Numbered from the stretch's first letter, positions 30,506 to 41,336 are shown. The stretch is 64,000 bases of DNA from Gemmatimonadota bacterium (GCA_963666735.1 OY762926.1:128001-192000), one strand, 5' to 3'. The notes: generated by a model not told the origin, from the sequence alone. Translations and numbers: made by a program.

Positions 30506-33500
30506 GTGTCGCTGGGGCTGACGCCCCGGCCTTCGTTGAGCGCTTCACCTCGTCCAGGTCGTCTAGAGCAGCACCATCGCGGGTGTCGCTGGGGCTGACG
30601 CCCCGGCCTTCGTTGAGCGGTCCGCGCGATGATCGACGAGACGGCCGCGGGCTCGACGTGTCGCTGGGGCTGACGCCCCGGCCTTCGTTGAGCGAGGCCC
30701 GGCCCCTCGACTCGCACGGGATCGCGCGGGTGTCGCTGGGGCTGACGCCCCGGCCTTCGTTGAGCGCTGCGTCGAATCCCCGAGCGCCTCGTCCGACAGC
30801 GTGAGTGTCGCTGGGGCTGACGCCCCGGCCTTCGTTGAGCGTCGTATCCGACACCGGTCTTCTCAACCTGCTTCATCATGTGTCGCTGGGGCTGACGCCC
30901 CGGCCTTCGTTGAGCGAATGCGGCGTCTCGCGAGCTCAAGAGCGGGACCGTCCGGTGTCGCTGGGGCTGACGCCCCGGCCTTCGTTGAGCGATCACAGCC
31001 CACCCTCCGCCTTGATCGCGTTTCTCACGTGTGTCGCTGGGGCTGACGCCCCGGCCTTCGTTGAGCGATGGACATCGCGGTCCAGCGCGTGGCGGACCTC
31101 CGGGCGTGTCGCTGGGGCTGACGCCCCGGCCTTCGTTGAGCGCCACGGTCAGGCGAACCTCTTCCGCGGGCCGGACTCGGGGGTGTCGCTGGGGCTGACG
31201 CCCCGGCCTTCGTTGAGCGCGGCCGGCGTGGTACGGCACGCGGCGCGGGTCGAAGGGTGTCGCTGGGGCTGACGCCCCGGCCTTCGTTGAGCGTCGCGTC
31301 CACGATGCCGCGGCGATCCGGAAGGCGAAGAGGTGTCGCTGGGGCTGACGCCCCGGCCTTCGTTGAGCGCCCAGTGCGGGCGGTTGTCTTTGATCCAGTC
31401 CTTGGGTGTCGCTGGGGCTGACGCCCCGGCCTTCGTTGAGCGGCTCCATCCGGTGCGGTGACGGCGGAAGTTCACATGTGTCGCTGGGGCTGACGCCCCG
31501 GCCTTCGTTGAGCGCCGCTTGCGCGTGTACAGCTTCGACCTGGCGGATGCGGTGTCGCTGGGGCTGACGCCCCGGCCTTCGTTGAGCGTCCAAGTCACCT
31601 TCCAGGACCGGGGTTGCGTGCGCCCGAGTGTCGCTGGGGCTGACGCCCCGGCCTTCGTTGAGCGGTGCCGGGATCCGTCGTACAGACCGACTGGCGGGGC
31701 ACGGGTGTCGCTGGGGCTGACGCCCCGGCCTTCGTTGAGCGGAGGAGGCCCGAAGCGCGCTGGCGCGGTGCGTCGAGGGTGTCGCTGGGGCTGACGCCCC
31801 GGCCTTCGTTGAGCGCTCGAGCCGGCTGTCCGGAAGGTCGACGGGATCGCGCGCGGTGTCGCTGGGGCTGACGCCCCGGCCTTCGTTGAGCGTCGTACGC
31901 GGTACCGCTAATGCGCCGACACAAGAGGTGTCGCTGGGGCTGACGCCCCGGCCTTCGTTGAGCGGTCTACGTCTTCACCGACTGGCGGATGTGGGTGAAC
32001 CGTGTCGCTGGGGCTGACGCCCCGGCCTTCGTTGAGCGCTCAAAGCCACGGGAGGGACGGAGGAGGCGAAATGACGACCGTGTCGCTGGGGCTGACGCCC
32101 CGGCCTTCGTTGAGCGGGACGAGCCCTACTCGTGGGTGGGTTCGACGATCGAGTGTCGCTGGGGCTGACGCCCCGGCCTTCGTTGAGCGGTGGATCGGTC
32201 GAGGCCGATCTTCGTATTCGCGAGGATGGTGTCGCTGGGGCTGACGCCCCGGCCTTCGTTGAGCGATAACCGCCAACAACAAGCCCGGCGGGAAAGTGTC
32301 CGCGTGTCGCTGGGGCTGACGCCCCGGCCTTCGTTGAGCGCTCCAAAAGGGAGGGCAGTGGAATGGATCGTGCGAAGATGTGTCGCTGGGGCTGACGCCC
32401 CGGCCTTCGTTGAGCGGCTTGACCAATAGTGACGGGAACTACCCCGGCAACTCCGGTGTCGCTGGGGCTGACGCCCCGGCCTTCGTTGAGCGGCCTCGTC
32501 ACCCAATCCTTTGTCCTGGCCCGCCGCACCGAGGTGTCGCTGGGGCTGACGCCCCGGCCTTCGTTGAGCGGTGGAGGCGCTCAGGAACGCCGCCCCGGAC
32601 GATGGCGAGTGTCGCTGGGGCTGACGCCCCGGCCTTCGTTGAGCGGAGGGGACGGCGCTGGAGGTTGCGGAGCGGCTGGCGAAGTGTCGCTGGGGCTGAC
32701 GCCCCGGCCTTCGTTGAGCGACGACGCAGATCGGGGTGCTGGTCACCCGGGACACGCGGTGTCGCTGGGGCTGACGCCCCGGCCTTCGTTGAGCGCTGGG
32801 GGTCATCCAGGACCTGCAGAACGGGTTCTCGAAGTGTCGCTGGGGCTGACGCCCCGGCCTTCGTTGAGCGCCCTTTCGTGCGTGTCCGCTGTTTCCCGGT
32901 CTCGCGAGAGGTGTCGCTGGGGCTGACGCCCCGGCCTTCGTTGAGCGGACTGGGTTTTCGCCACGGCCGACTGGACGGCCCACATGTGTCGCTGGGGCTG
33001 ACGCCCCGGCCTTCGTTGAGCGCCCGTTGGCAGGGATAGGCTTACGGATTGGATGGCGCAGTGTCGCTGGGGCTGACGCCCCGGCCTTCGTTGAGCGCTG
33101 GGCGGCCAGTCGCCGTTCCCGAAATGACCGAACCGACCGGTGTCGCTGGGGCTGACGCCCCGGCCTTCGTTGAGCGTCCCTGGAGAGAGTCCACGCGGGC
33201 TGAACGGTTCACGGGTGTCGCTGGGGCTGACGCCCCGGCCTTCGTTGAGCGTCTTCATGGAGCGCGCCATGTCGCCCGACGGCCTGCCACGTGTCGCTGG
33301 GGCTGACGCCCCGGCCTTCGTTGAGCGCTGATCGCCCGACTGCTCCGGCAGTCGCTTGAGCCGGTGTCGCTGGGGCTGACGCCCCGGCCTTCGTTGAGCG
33401 ATCTCGACCTGATCGACGTCCTCCATCTGGGAGCGCGTGTGTCGCTGGGGCTGACGCCCCGGCCTTCGTTGAGCGCCCAGTCACTGTGACGAGCGTGTAC

Positions 33501-34272
33501 CGGAGCCTCGAGAAAGTGTCGCTGGGGCTGACGCCCCGGCCTTCGTTGAGCGCCATGTAACACCATTGCCAAACCGAAGAAACCGCCCGTGTCGCTGGGG
33601 CTGACGCCCCGGCCTTCGTTGAGCGGGGTTCGCCTACCGAGTTCTTGACGCTCAGTGGGTGCGAGGTGTCGCTGGGGCTGACGCCCCGGCCTTCGTTGAG
33701 CGGCGCGGGAGAAGCGTCCGAACGATTCCGTCTTCCGCCAGTGTCGCTGGGGCTGACGCCCCGGCCTTCGTTGAGCGGCTGGCTTGCGACGATGATGTCG
33801 ATGGACTGGACGCCCGTGTCGCTGGGGCTGACGCCCCGGCCTTCGTTGAGCGACCTCCGGTGTTCCGGGGGCGGGGCGTACGGACGCGGGTGTCGCTGGG
33901 GCTGACGCCCCGGCCTTCGTTGAGCGGGTTTGGGCGATCCCTCATCGCCGCACGCGTTGGCGCAGGTGTCGCTGGGGCTGACGCCCCGGCCTTCGTTGAG
34001 CGAAGTCGAAAATCAAGGAATTCGCGGACGCGTGTCTGGTGTCGCTGGGGCTGACGCCCCGGCCTTCGTTGAGCGACCTATCCCGGCCTCCTCGCGGTCG
34101 CGTGGATCGAAGTGTCGCTGGGGCTGACGCCCCGGCCTTCGTCGAGCGGATCGGAGCGCCCGTGACCGGCTACGGGACGCCGTATATGTGTCGCTGGGGC
34201 TGACGCCTCGGCCTTCGTTGAGCGTCATCATTCACGGCGCTATCTGAGGCAAAAAGGTAGAGTGTCGCCGGG
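30506..34272 (+). CRISPR. Type I-G CRISPR array: 50 full 37-nt repeats GTGTCGCTGGGGCTGACGCCCCGGCCTTCGTTGAGCG, 50 spacers (~35-42 nt), truncated terminal repeat at 34262
   Basis: Counted by reading; stem GCTGGGGC-TGAC-GCCCCGGC; the last two full repeats each carry one substitution. Confidence 0.98.
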
Positions 34273-34385
34273 TCGCCCAACGCCCACACGCTGCGCGTGA
34301 AGCTCCTCAAAATCGGTCTGCGCGGTGCCGTGCAACGCGTCCGCATGTCGGCACGCCCCGCCACGGCTCCCACGCGCAGCCTGTG
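34273..34385 (+). pseudogene. IS1380-like transposase C-terminal remnant
   Basis: Reads HTLRVKLLKIGLRGAVQRVRMS, resembling the TxRxKLLKIG motif. Confidence 0.45.
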
Positions 34386-34490
34386 ACAACTCCGGGCGCG
34401 AAGAAATTGCATCCGCCACCGTCGCATACTTAGACTTCCAACACCCTGATTCCGGGGATCAACATCCCCGGGAGTACGATTAACCCGTTC

Positions 34491-35715
34491 CTAGTGTCAT
34501 GTCACACATCAAACGTCGGATAGAGACGCTTGAGCTTGACACGTGCGTCGTCGGTGGTGAACTGCCAGTCGACCTTGGCTCGGATTCGGTCTCTGGCCGC
34601 CTGCCAGGCGGCGACTTCGGCGCGCAGGGTGTCGATGGAGTCGATGCGGCGGTTGAGGCACTGGCGGATCATGACGTTGAGTTCGACCTCGGCGACGTTC
34701 AGCCAACTGCCGTGCCTGGGGGTGTGGACGAACTCGAAGCGGTCCCAAAGCGCCTTGGCCTCGGCGGGTTCGAAGGTTTCGTAGAGGGCGCCGGGGCGGT
34801 GCGTGTTGAGGTTGTCCATCACCAGCGTGATCCGGGTGGCGCCGGGGTACTGCGCGGCGATGTCCTGCGGGAAGAGGGCCCAGTCGGTCTTCGTTCTGCG
34901 CTCGGTCACCTTGGTCCGGCGCCGGCCGGCCAGCGGTTCGGTGGCCATGAACACGTTGCAGGTGCCGAGGCGCCGGTACTCGTAGTCTTCGCGGGCCGGC
35001 CGTCCCGGTGCCGGCGGGACGGGCGTGCGCGTCTCGCCGATCAGCTGGCGCGGCGTCTCGTCCATGCACACCACCGGGAAGTTCGCATCGTACGGACGCC
35101 GGTAGACGTCGAGCACCCGCTCCATCCCCGCCGCGAAGTCGGCGTTGCGCCGCGGCGGGATCACCCAGCCGATGCGCCGCCAGGGTTTGATGGCGTTTTT
35201 TTTAGCACGCGCCGCACCGTCTCGTGCGAGACGCTGTCGATGTAGCCGAGTTCCACCGCGCGGTCCGCCAGCAGGCGCAGCGACCACTGCGCGCGCCCCT
35301 CGGGCGGATCGCCGCAGCTGAGCGCGACCAGCCGCGCCTCAAATTCGCCGTCCGCCTTACGAAGGTATTTCGCGCGACGACCCTGCCGGGCCCCAAGCGC
35401 CGCTTCCACACCGTCCTCCACGAACCGCTTCCTGACCCGGTCCACCCTGCGCGCGCTGATCCGCAACACCCCGGCGATCTCTCCGCCGGTCGCGCGCCGC
35501 TCGTTGAACTCCCCCTCGTCGCAATTGAGCAGAACCAGCGCGTTGACCACCTTCCGCGAACGATGCGACCCCTTGCGCGTGATCGCCGCCAGCGCCTCGC
35601 GCTCCCCCGCCTCCAACTCCACCAGATACCGTTTCATGCCAGCCTCCCCGCCATTGTGGACCGGCGGGAAACCTATCAGGATACATGCGACATATCACAT
35701 GTGACATGACACTAG
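34491..35715 (-). mobile_element. IS630-family element (copy 1); orfA 35637-35161, orfB ending at 34502, A8 frameshift tract
   Basis: Inverted ends CTAGTGTCATGTCACA; VCMDETP, LVMDNLNTH, HGSWLNVAEVE. Confidence 0.93.
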
Positions 35716-35728
35716 GAGGATTAGATTC

Positions 35729-37598
35729 ATGTCATCATCCAAGCGCGTGTCGGGCATCGCCGCCATGCTAGCCGCTCTGGTTCTGGCTGTGGTGCCGTCC
35801 GCTTCCGCGAGCACGCTGGAGGTAGGACTTGAGGCCGCTCTTCCAGCGGTACGCGCCGACTTTCCCGTTCTCCCCGCTGCGGCGAATGAGCGTGCCGCTG
35901 TACCCGTGGGTGCTGCGCTCGACTCGTGTGATGACGAAGCGTGGCGTCTTGGCGTTGCCACGGCGGGCTGCCTCATCGGTGCTGTCGGGTTCTTCAAGGC
36001 AGGTAAGACCATCAAGGCAGCCGGTAAAGCGATCAAGAGCGGCGGCAACGTCAAGCAGATCGTCTACGGCGCAGTCGGTGCTTTTTTCTGCACGGACGTG
36101 TGGAACAGCTTTTGGGATTGGAGTGACTGCGCGAATGATGCCGGGATGCAAGATATCCTCAACCCCGCCTACGGATATGACCCCCAGATCCTGGACACCC
36201 CACCATTGTGACGTTTGACCTCCGGGCGCGGTGCTGCGCAGGGTAGAACCCGGCAGACCGGAAGGAGGTCGACATGGCACGGCGGCGGTACACGCCCAAG
36301 CTGAAGGCACAGGTGGTGCTGGAGGTCCTGGGTGGCGAGAAGACGCCCGGGCAGGTGGCCAAGGCGTACGGGGTGCACCCGAACTCGGTACAGCTCTGGA
36401 GGCGGCGGTTCGTGGACCGGGCGCCGGAGGTCTTCGCCCGGGAGACGACGGTGAAGGAGTACGAGCGCCGGATCCGGGACCTGGAGCAGCTTCTGGGCAA
36501 GAAGGAGGTGGAGATCGCCCTTTTAAAAAACTTCTTGGGCCGGAGCGGCTGAGCGTGGCTGAGAAGGCGGCGCTCGTCTCCGGAACGCATGGGGCGTACG
36601 GCCTGGGGCCGTCGCTGCGGGCGGTGGAGCTGGCGCGCTCGACGTGGTACCACCACACGCGGACGAGAGTGCCGTACGCGGAGAAATACGCGCACCTGGA
36701 GGCGCCGCTCAAGGCGATCGCCGAGGCGCACCCGGAGTACGGGTACCGGCGAACCGCCGCGGAACTCCGGGAGACGTACGGCCACCGGGTGAACCGGAAG
36801 GTCGTGGCGCGGCTGCACCGGCTGTGGGATCTGCCCTTGAGGCGTACGGTTACGCGGCCGAAGCCGAGCGCGGTCCGGCGGGCCATAGACGCGGCGGGGC
36901 CGCGCGCGAACCTGTTGTCGGGACGGCCGAAGGCGGAGATGGGGCCGCTGGAGGTCTTCTACACCGACTTCACCGAACTCGTCCACGCCGGCGGGACGAG
37001 CAAGGCGTGGCTGATCCCCATCCTCGATCACGCGACGAAGTACGTCGCGGGCTTCGCCGTTGGAGCGTCGGCCGACTCCGGCTTGGCGCTCTCGGCCTGG
37101 ACGGCGGCGGAGCGGACCCTGGCCCGCCTCCGGCACTCGCTGGACGGGATCATCGTCCACCAGGACCGGGACCCGGTGTTCACCGGCTATGCATGGACCC
37201 GCCGGCTGCTGTCGGCGGGCGCGCGGCTCTCCTACGCGCTGCGCGGACCGAGGGACAACCCGGAGATGGAGAGCTTCTTCGGCCGCTTCAAGGTGGAGAA
37301 CAGGTCTCTGATCCTCGACGCCGGCTCGGTCGAGGAACTCGCGGCCGTCGTCCGCGACCGGATCAACTACTACAATCGGGTACGCCGTCACTCCTCCCTC
37401 GGAGACCGGCCACCCATGACCATCATCGAGGACCTCTACCGAGAGGGCTGAGCAGCACAATAAACCCGGAGGTCGGGTGTCCAACTTCTTGGGGTCACTT
37501 CATACCTTGGCCTCCTGTCGGATGCGGATGAAGGCGGCGACGAGAATCTTGGCCAAGTTTTCGTGGATATCGGCGATTACCTTCTCGGAGCTCCATGA
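35729..37598 (+). pseudogene. Secreted four-Cys bacteriocin-like protein interrupted by IS3 (35729-36172 + 37506-37598)
   Basis: Removing the IS and one TAC restores ...DILNPAYLGLLSDADEGGDENLGQVFVDIGDYLLGAP*; signal peptide; cationic amphipathic core. Function is inferred. Confidence 0.65.
36173..37502 (+). mobile_element. IS3-family element; orfA 36274-36552, orfB to 37451
   Basis: IRs GGATATGACCCCCAGATCCTGGACACCC / TGAAGTGACCCCAAGAAGTTGGACACCC; TAC duplication; TTTTAAAAAAC slippery site; TDFT, HQDRD, MESFFGRFK. Confidence 0.92.
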
Positions 37599-37711
37599 TG
37601 GGCTGGGATTGGTGGTACCTATTTCCGATTGCGTTCGTGGTGTTCGTATACATCGTCGCGAATCGGGCAGCGGATTCGCTGACGGATTCGCGAAGCGGGC
37701 GTAGGGAATAG
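37595..37711 (+). CDS. 38-aa single-TM peptide, candidate immunity protein
   Basis: MMGWDWWYLFPIAFVVFVYIVANRAADSLTDSRSGRRE*; ATGA overlap with the restored upstream gene. Confidence 0.5.
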   Translation: MMGWDWWYLFPIAFVVFVYIVANRAADSLTDSRSGRRE

Positions 37712-37889
37712 GGCGGATCCTAGGAAGAGGAACAGGGTGGTGCGATCCTCCTCAAAGATCTTTCCGAGTGCAGTGCTCTCTCTGCCAACTGGAGCTGTCC
37801 CGCTTTCACGGACGGTTGATTTCTGTGGTTGAGCGCCTCCGGCGCTGCTCCCGTCAGTCCCTCTCAGACGCGAAAGAGCGGCTCGGGGT

Positions 37890-38062
37890 CAGGGCCGTCG
37901 CACCCCGCCGGCGCCGGATCCGGAGGTCGCGGCGAAGGCGACGAGGCGGCGCTTCACGGCAGCGTACAAGCTGTCGATCATGGAGAGGGCGGACGCCTGC
38001 GAGTCGCCGGGGGAGGGTCGGAGAGCTGCTTCGGCGCGAGGGCTTGTACAGTTCGCGCCTGA
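37890..38062 (+). pseudogene. IS3-family orfA remnant
   Basis: PDPEVAAKATRRRFTAAYKLSIMERADAC, frameshift, LLRREGLYSS. Confidence 0.7.
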
Positions 38063-38076
38063 CGCTCTCATGTTTG

Positions 38077-38560
38077 TCAAGCGGGCGATGGCGCGGTGAG
38101 CACGCGGTAGACTTCGCGTGCCACATAGCGCTTCAGGCAGCGCATGAACTCACGCTTGGACAGCCCCTCCCGGGTGCGCCGCTCGACGTAGTCCCGGGTT
38201 CGCTGGTCGGTGCGCATGCGGCACACGACGATCATGTGGAGGGCCGAGTTGTCCTGGCGGTTCCCGCCGCGATTGAGGCGATGGCGCTGCGTCTTCCCGC
38301 TCGATGCGGGCAGCGGGCAGGCGCCGCACAGCATCGCGAAGCTCGCATCGGAGCGCAGCCGGCCGGGATTCTCGCCCGCCGCGACCATCAGTTCGCCCGC
38401 GCTGGCGACGGCTCACGCCTTCGAGCGCGAGCAGATCGGGAGCGAGCTCCTCGACGAGGGCCAGGACCCTTCGGGCGAGGGACTTCAGCGACAGCCTAGT
38501 GGCCACCGCCGGGTCCCGGCATCGCGTGGCGTCCGGCCTCCAAGCCGCACAGACGGCAGT
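38077..38560 (-). pseudogene. IS110-family transposase remnant
   Basis: RLRSDASFAMLCGACPLPASSGKTQRHRLNRGGNRQ...CLKRYVAREVY; upstream part frameshifted or deleted. Confidence 0.85.
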
Positions 38561-38655
38561 CGTCGTCCGCACTCGTCTCCGATGTCTCGACGCCACCAAG
38601 GCGGGCGACCCGCCGGTCCAGGGGCGCGCGGCACTGATTGCCCGTCTCGTCGCGC

Positions 38656-39297
38656 TCAGATTTGCGCCGCCTCCATGATCGCGGCCACATAGTCATCCAG
38701 CCGGGCCATGACCTCGATCGTGTCCGCCTGGCTCTCCGCGTTCGCGAACTCCTTGGCCAGACCGAGCAGTAGGCGGCGAACCGCAACCGGGTCGCCCGCC
38801 TCCATCGGCGGCGCATCCGCAGCGTTGGGCTCCTCAGCCGTTGGGACCTCCGGTTCCGGTGGCGTCTCGGGCTTGGGAGCGGCGGCCCTTGCCAGCCGCG
38901 CCTTCACCTGGAGGGGGTACTTTGCGTGGAACTGTCGGGCCGAGAGTTCCGCGACGGAGGGGTCGATCTCGCGGGCACCGGCGAATAGGTCCGCGTTCGA
39001 GACATCGGGGTCCACTTCGAGCGTCCGCTCCACAAACTGCTTGACGGCGGCGCCGGATGCCGCGGGCGCGGGGTCGGGCTCCGGGTTCGCCTTCGGTTGC
39101 CGTGCGGGCCGCTCTTGCGGCGCGATCCGCCGGGTCGCCGACAGCCGATACTTGGCGTGAAACTGTTGCAGCGTGAGTTCCCCGACCGACTCGTCGATCT
39201 CACGGGCACCGGCGAACAAGGCGGCGTTCTTCACGCCGGAGTCCGCCTTCAGTTCGCATTCCACGTACTGCAAGACGGCATCATGCAAGCTGCCCAT
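38656..39297 (-). CDS. Hypothetical protein with two copies of a ~55-aa domain
   Basis: LFAGAREIDESVGELTLQQFHAKY and LFAGAREIDPSVAELSARQFHAKY separated by a Pro/Ala linker. Confidence 0.75.
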   Translation of the reverse strand: MGSLHDAVLQYVECELKADSGVKNAALFAGAREIDESVGELTLQQFHAKYRLSATRRIAPQERPARQPKANPEPDPAPAASGAAVKQFVERTLEVDPDVSNADLFAGAREIDPSVAELSARQFHAKYPLQVKARLARAAAPKPETPPEPEVPTAEEPNAADAPPMEAGDPVAVRRLLLGLAKEFANAESQADTIEVMARLDDYVAAIMEAAQI

Positions 39298-39574
39298 GTC
39301 CGTTACCCTTTCCTGTGGCAAGTCCGCGCCCGGCGGAGGCGGACGAGCCGGGAGTCGCTCAATTGTGCTCAGTTTGAGAATACTCGACGAGTGGTCGGGC
39401 AGGGTCAATGTTCGCTGGCGTTTGCGAGAGGCTCCACCCGTCACCTGAGTAGCGCCGGTGATCAAGGGGTAGATCTCGCCCGCCGTCCGAGGAATCGCCG
39501 ACATCAGCCGAAGCGCGCCGGACGCGCCGTAGGCACGGCGGCGCTCAAACCAGCCTTCCTGCAAGGATTATTTC

Positions 39575-39673
39575 GAGGGGAGCGACCCCAGCAGGGGGCG
39601 GGGACGAGCGCGTGAAAACGCGCACGGCCCCGCGCCCGAAACGGGCACCTGTGCCCCTGGGGTCGCTCCCCTC
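39575..39673. repeat. Branched hairpin with a 17-bp perfect outer stem
   Basis: GAGGGGAGCGACCCCAG / CTGGGGTCGCTCCCCTC enclosing GCGCGT-GAAA-ACGCGC and GCCCG-AAA-CGGGC. Confidence 0.85.
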
Positions 39674-39834
39674 CACGCCCAAAGCGGCTCCTGCGCCACG
39701 GCCGACCGTGCAGCGACGCCGCAAGACGTTGCCGCGTCAGCGGATATGCGAGCCGATCGGTGCGCATCACCGGAGCGTCAGAATGTGCATCGACCCCCGT
39801 TGTCTCTTGCACACCTCCGGTACGGCCCAGGACC

Positions 39835-40818
39835 TCAGGCCTCCCACCAGAATCGAGCCCCCGCGAGCCGAACCGTCCGCCATGTGGCGACGCGTTCCGT
39901 CAGCCCCCGGCCCGCACGCCTGCGCGCGCGCTTCTCAAGAGCGACGGCGTGCTTCAATGCCGGCTGCAATCCACCGTACTCGTCGAGGACCCGGACATCC
40001 CCCCCGAGGATGGCCTGCTCGATCTGGGCGAGCTCGCGCCGGGTCTCCTCGTCGATTTCAGAGGGACGGGGATACCGTGCCCAGTTGGCGAGCACCCGGC
40101 CCGCCCGGTGGTCCTCCTGCCATCTCCGGGCGACCGCCACCACTTCGATCTTGTGGCCCAGGTCCCATAGCGCCTTCCAGAGATCGCCGTGCGCCGCGCC
40201 CCACGAACGGAGCGCCGTCGCGGTCTCGTGGCCCGGCTCGGCGTAGACGAAGACCGCGCGCTCCGTGTCCAGCGCGATGGGCAGCCGAAGCGGGAAAAAG
40301 CGCCGGAGCCCCCCGAGCGCGCCACGGTAGACGCGTTGGGGAAGAAGCCCCCGCTCGATCCCGAGCGCTTCGAAGGCGGCGACCTTCTCGGCCTCGGTCG
40401 GCAGCCACGGCACGCCGGGATGTTCGAGCACGTAGTCGAGCGCGAGCAAGCGGCGCATCAGCACTTCCCCGGACGTGATCCGGCGACGGCGGCGGTCCCC
40501 CGTGCCGAGCGCCTTGTAGATCGCGCGTCCGTGGCTCCGGCAGATCCGACCGATGCCCTTGATGCCCGGCGGTTTCTCCTCGACGGCCACGCCTTGGGCG
40601 ACGAGCTTGCGGACGGCGCGGCCAACCTTCTCGTGGTGGCACCCGAGGAAGCTCGTCCACTGCGCCCGGGTGAACACCCCGCCGTGGAAGCAGGCCAGGG
40701 CGATCCACTCGGCGCGCCGACCCGCCCAGCCAAGAGGCTCCAGCGCCTTCGCGCGTTCGCTCAGATCGGCGACCGCTCCGCTCGCCGCCGGATTGAACTG
40801 CCACTTCGGCCTCTCCAT
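39835..40818 (-). CDS. Mobile-element protein, possibly replication-relaxation-like (wHTH plus nuclease-like)
   Basis: AEWIALACFHGGVFTRAQW, RRLLALDYVLEHP, WLPTEAEKV; family assignment is from recall and tentative. Confidence 0.55.
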   Translation of the reverse strand: MERPKWQFNPAASGAVADLSERAKALEPLGWAGRRAEWIALACFHGGVFTRAQWTSFLGCHHEKVGRAVRKLVAQGVAVEEKPPGIKGIGRICRSHGRAIYKALGTGDRRRRRITSGEVLMRRLLALDYVLEHPGVPWLPTEAEKVAAFEALGIERGLLPQRVYRGALGGLRRFFPLRLPIALDTERAVFVYAEPGHETATALRSWGAAHGDLWKALWDLGHKIEVVAVARRWQEDHRAGRVLANWARYPRPSEIDEETRRELAQIEQAILGGDVRVLDEYGGLQPALKHAVALEKRARRRAGRGLTERVATWRTVRLAGARFWWEA

Positions 40819-40870
40819 GCCCGAAACGGTGTGGAAACGTTCGCGGGCAAGTCAACCCGAAGGAAGCGTC

Positions 40871-40910
40871 ACAATGTCTCGCGAAGTCTCCGGATGTCTC
40901 GGAATGTATC
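40871..40910. repeat. Four tandem 10-bp iteron-like repeats
   Basis: ACAATGTCTC GCGAAGTCTC CGGATGTCTC GGAATGTATC. Confidence 0.65.
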
Positions 40911-40982
40911 CGGGCCATCGGTCACGGCCCCCAGCGGCTTTTCCAATGCCGCCTGCCGGTCCTCCCCCCGGTGCCCACGGCC

Positions 40983-41336
40983 TCAGGAGAAGAACCCGCG
41001 CACCGACCGCAGGACCTCCTCCATCTTCCCGGTCCTGAGAGCGCCAATCCGCTTGACGACGAGCACCGAGTGCATCGTGAACAGCTTGGTCGCCTTCACC
41101 ATCGATGCCTTGGGGAGCCCACCCTCGGCGAAGTCGGCGCGCCGGAGATGCACCGCGTTCGGGTCACCACCCGTGATGTGCGAGGTGATGGCTGCCAGCA
41201 CGAGGTCCCGCTCGGCGGCGTTGAAGGCATCCGGGGAAAGGACCAGCGCGGGCCGTCTCTTGGATGAAGTGAGATCGGTGAAGGGGAACGAAACGAGAAC
41301 GATATCGCCCTGCCTATAGGCTATCGTAGACTGCAT
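40983..41336 (-). CDS. PemK/MazF-family toxin
   Basis: GDIVLVSFPFTDLTSSKRRPALVLS...LAAITS. Confidence 0.9.
   Translation of the reverse strand: MQSTIAYRQGDIVLVSFPFTDLTSSKRRPALVLSPDAFNAAERDLVLAAITSHITGGDPNAVHLRRADFAEGGLPKASMVKATKLFTMHSVLVVKRIGALRTGKMEEVLRSVRGFFS

Noticed and set aside
31664..31703. Spacer 16 (VPGSVVQTDWRG) targeting an IS1595-type transposase
   Set aside because: Only a loose peptide resemblance; cannot be supported without a search
30363..34231. Many ORFs across the CRISPR array
   Set aside because: Translations of the repeat (VSLGLTPRPSLS, LNEGRGVSPSDT), not genes
40305..40315. 11-nt match GGAGCCCCCCG to the mini-array spacer
   Set aside because: No seed match and no TTN PAM; expected by chance at this GC content
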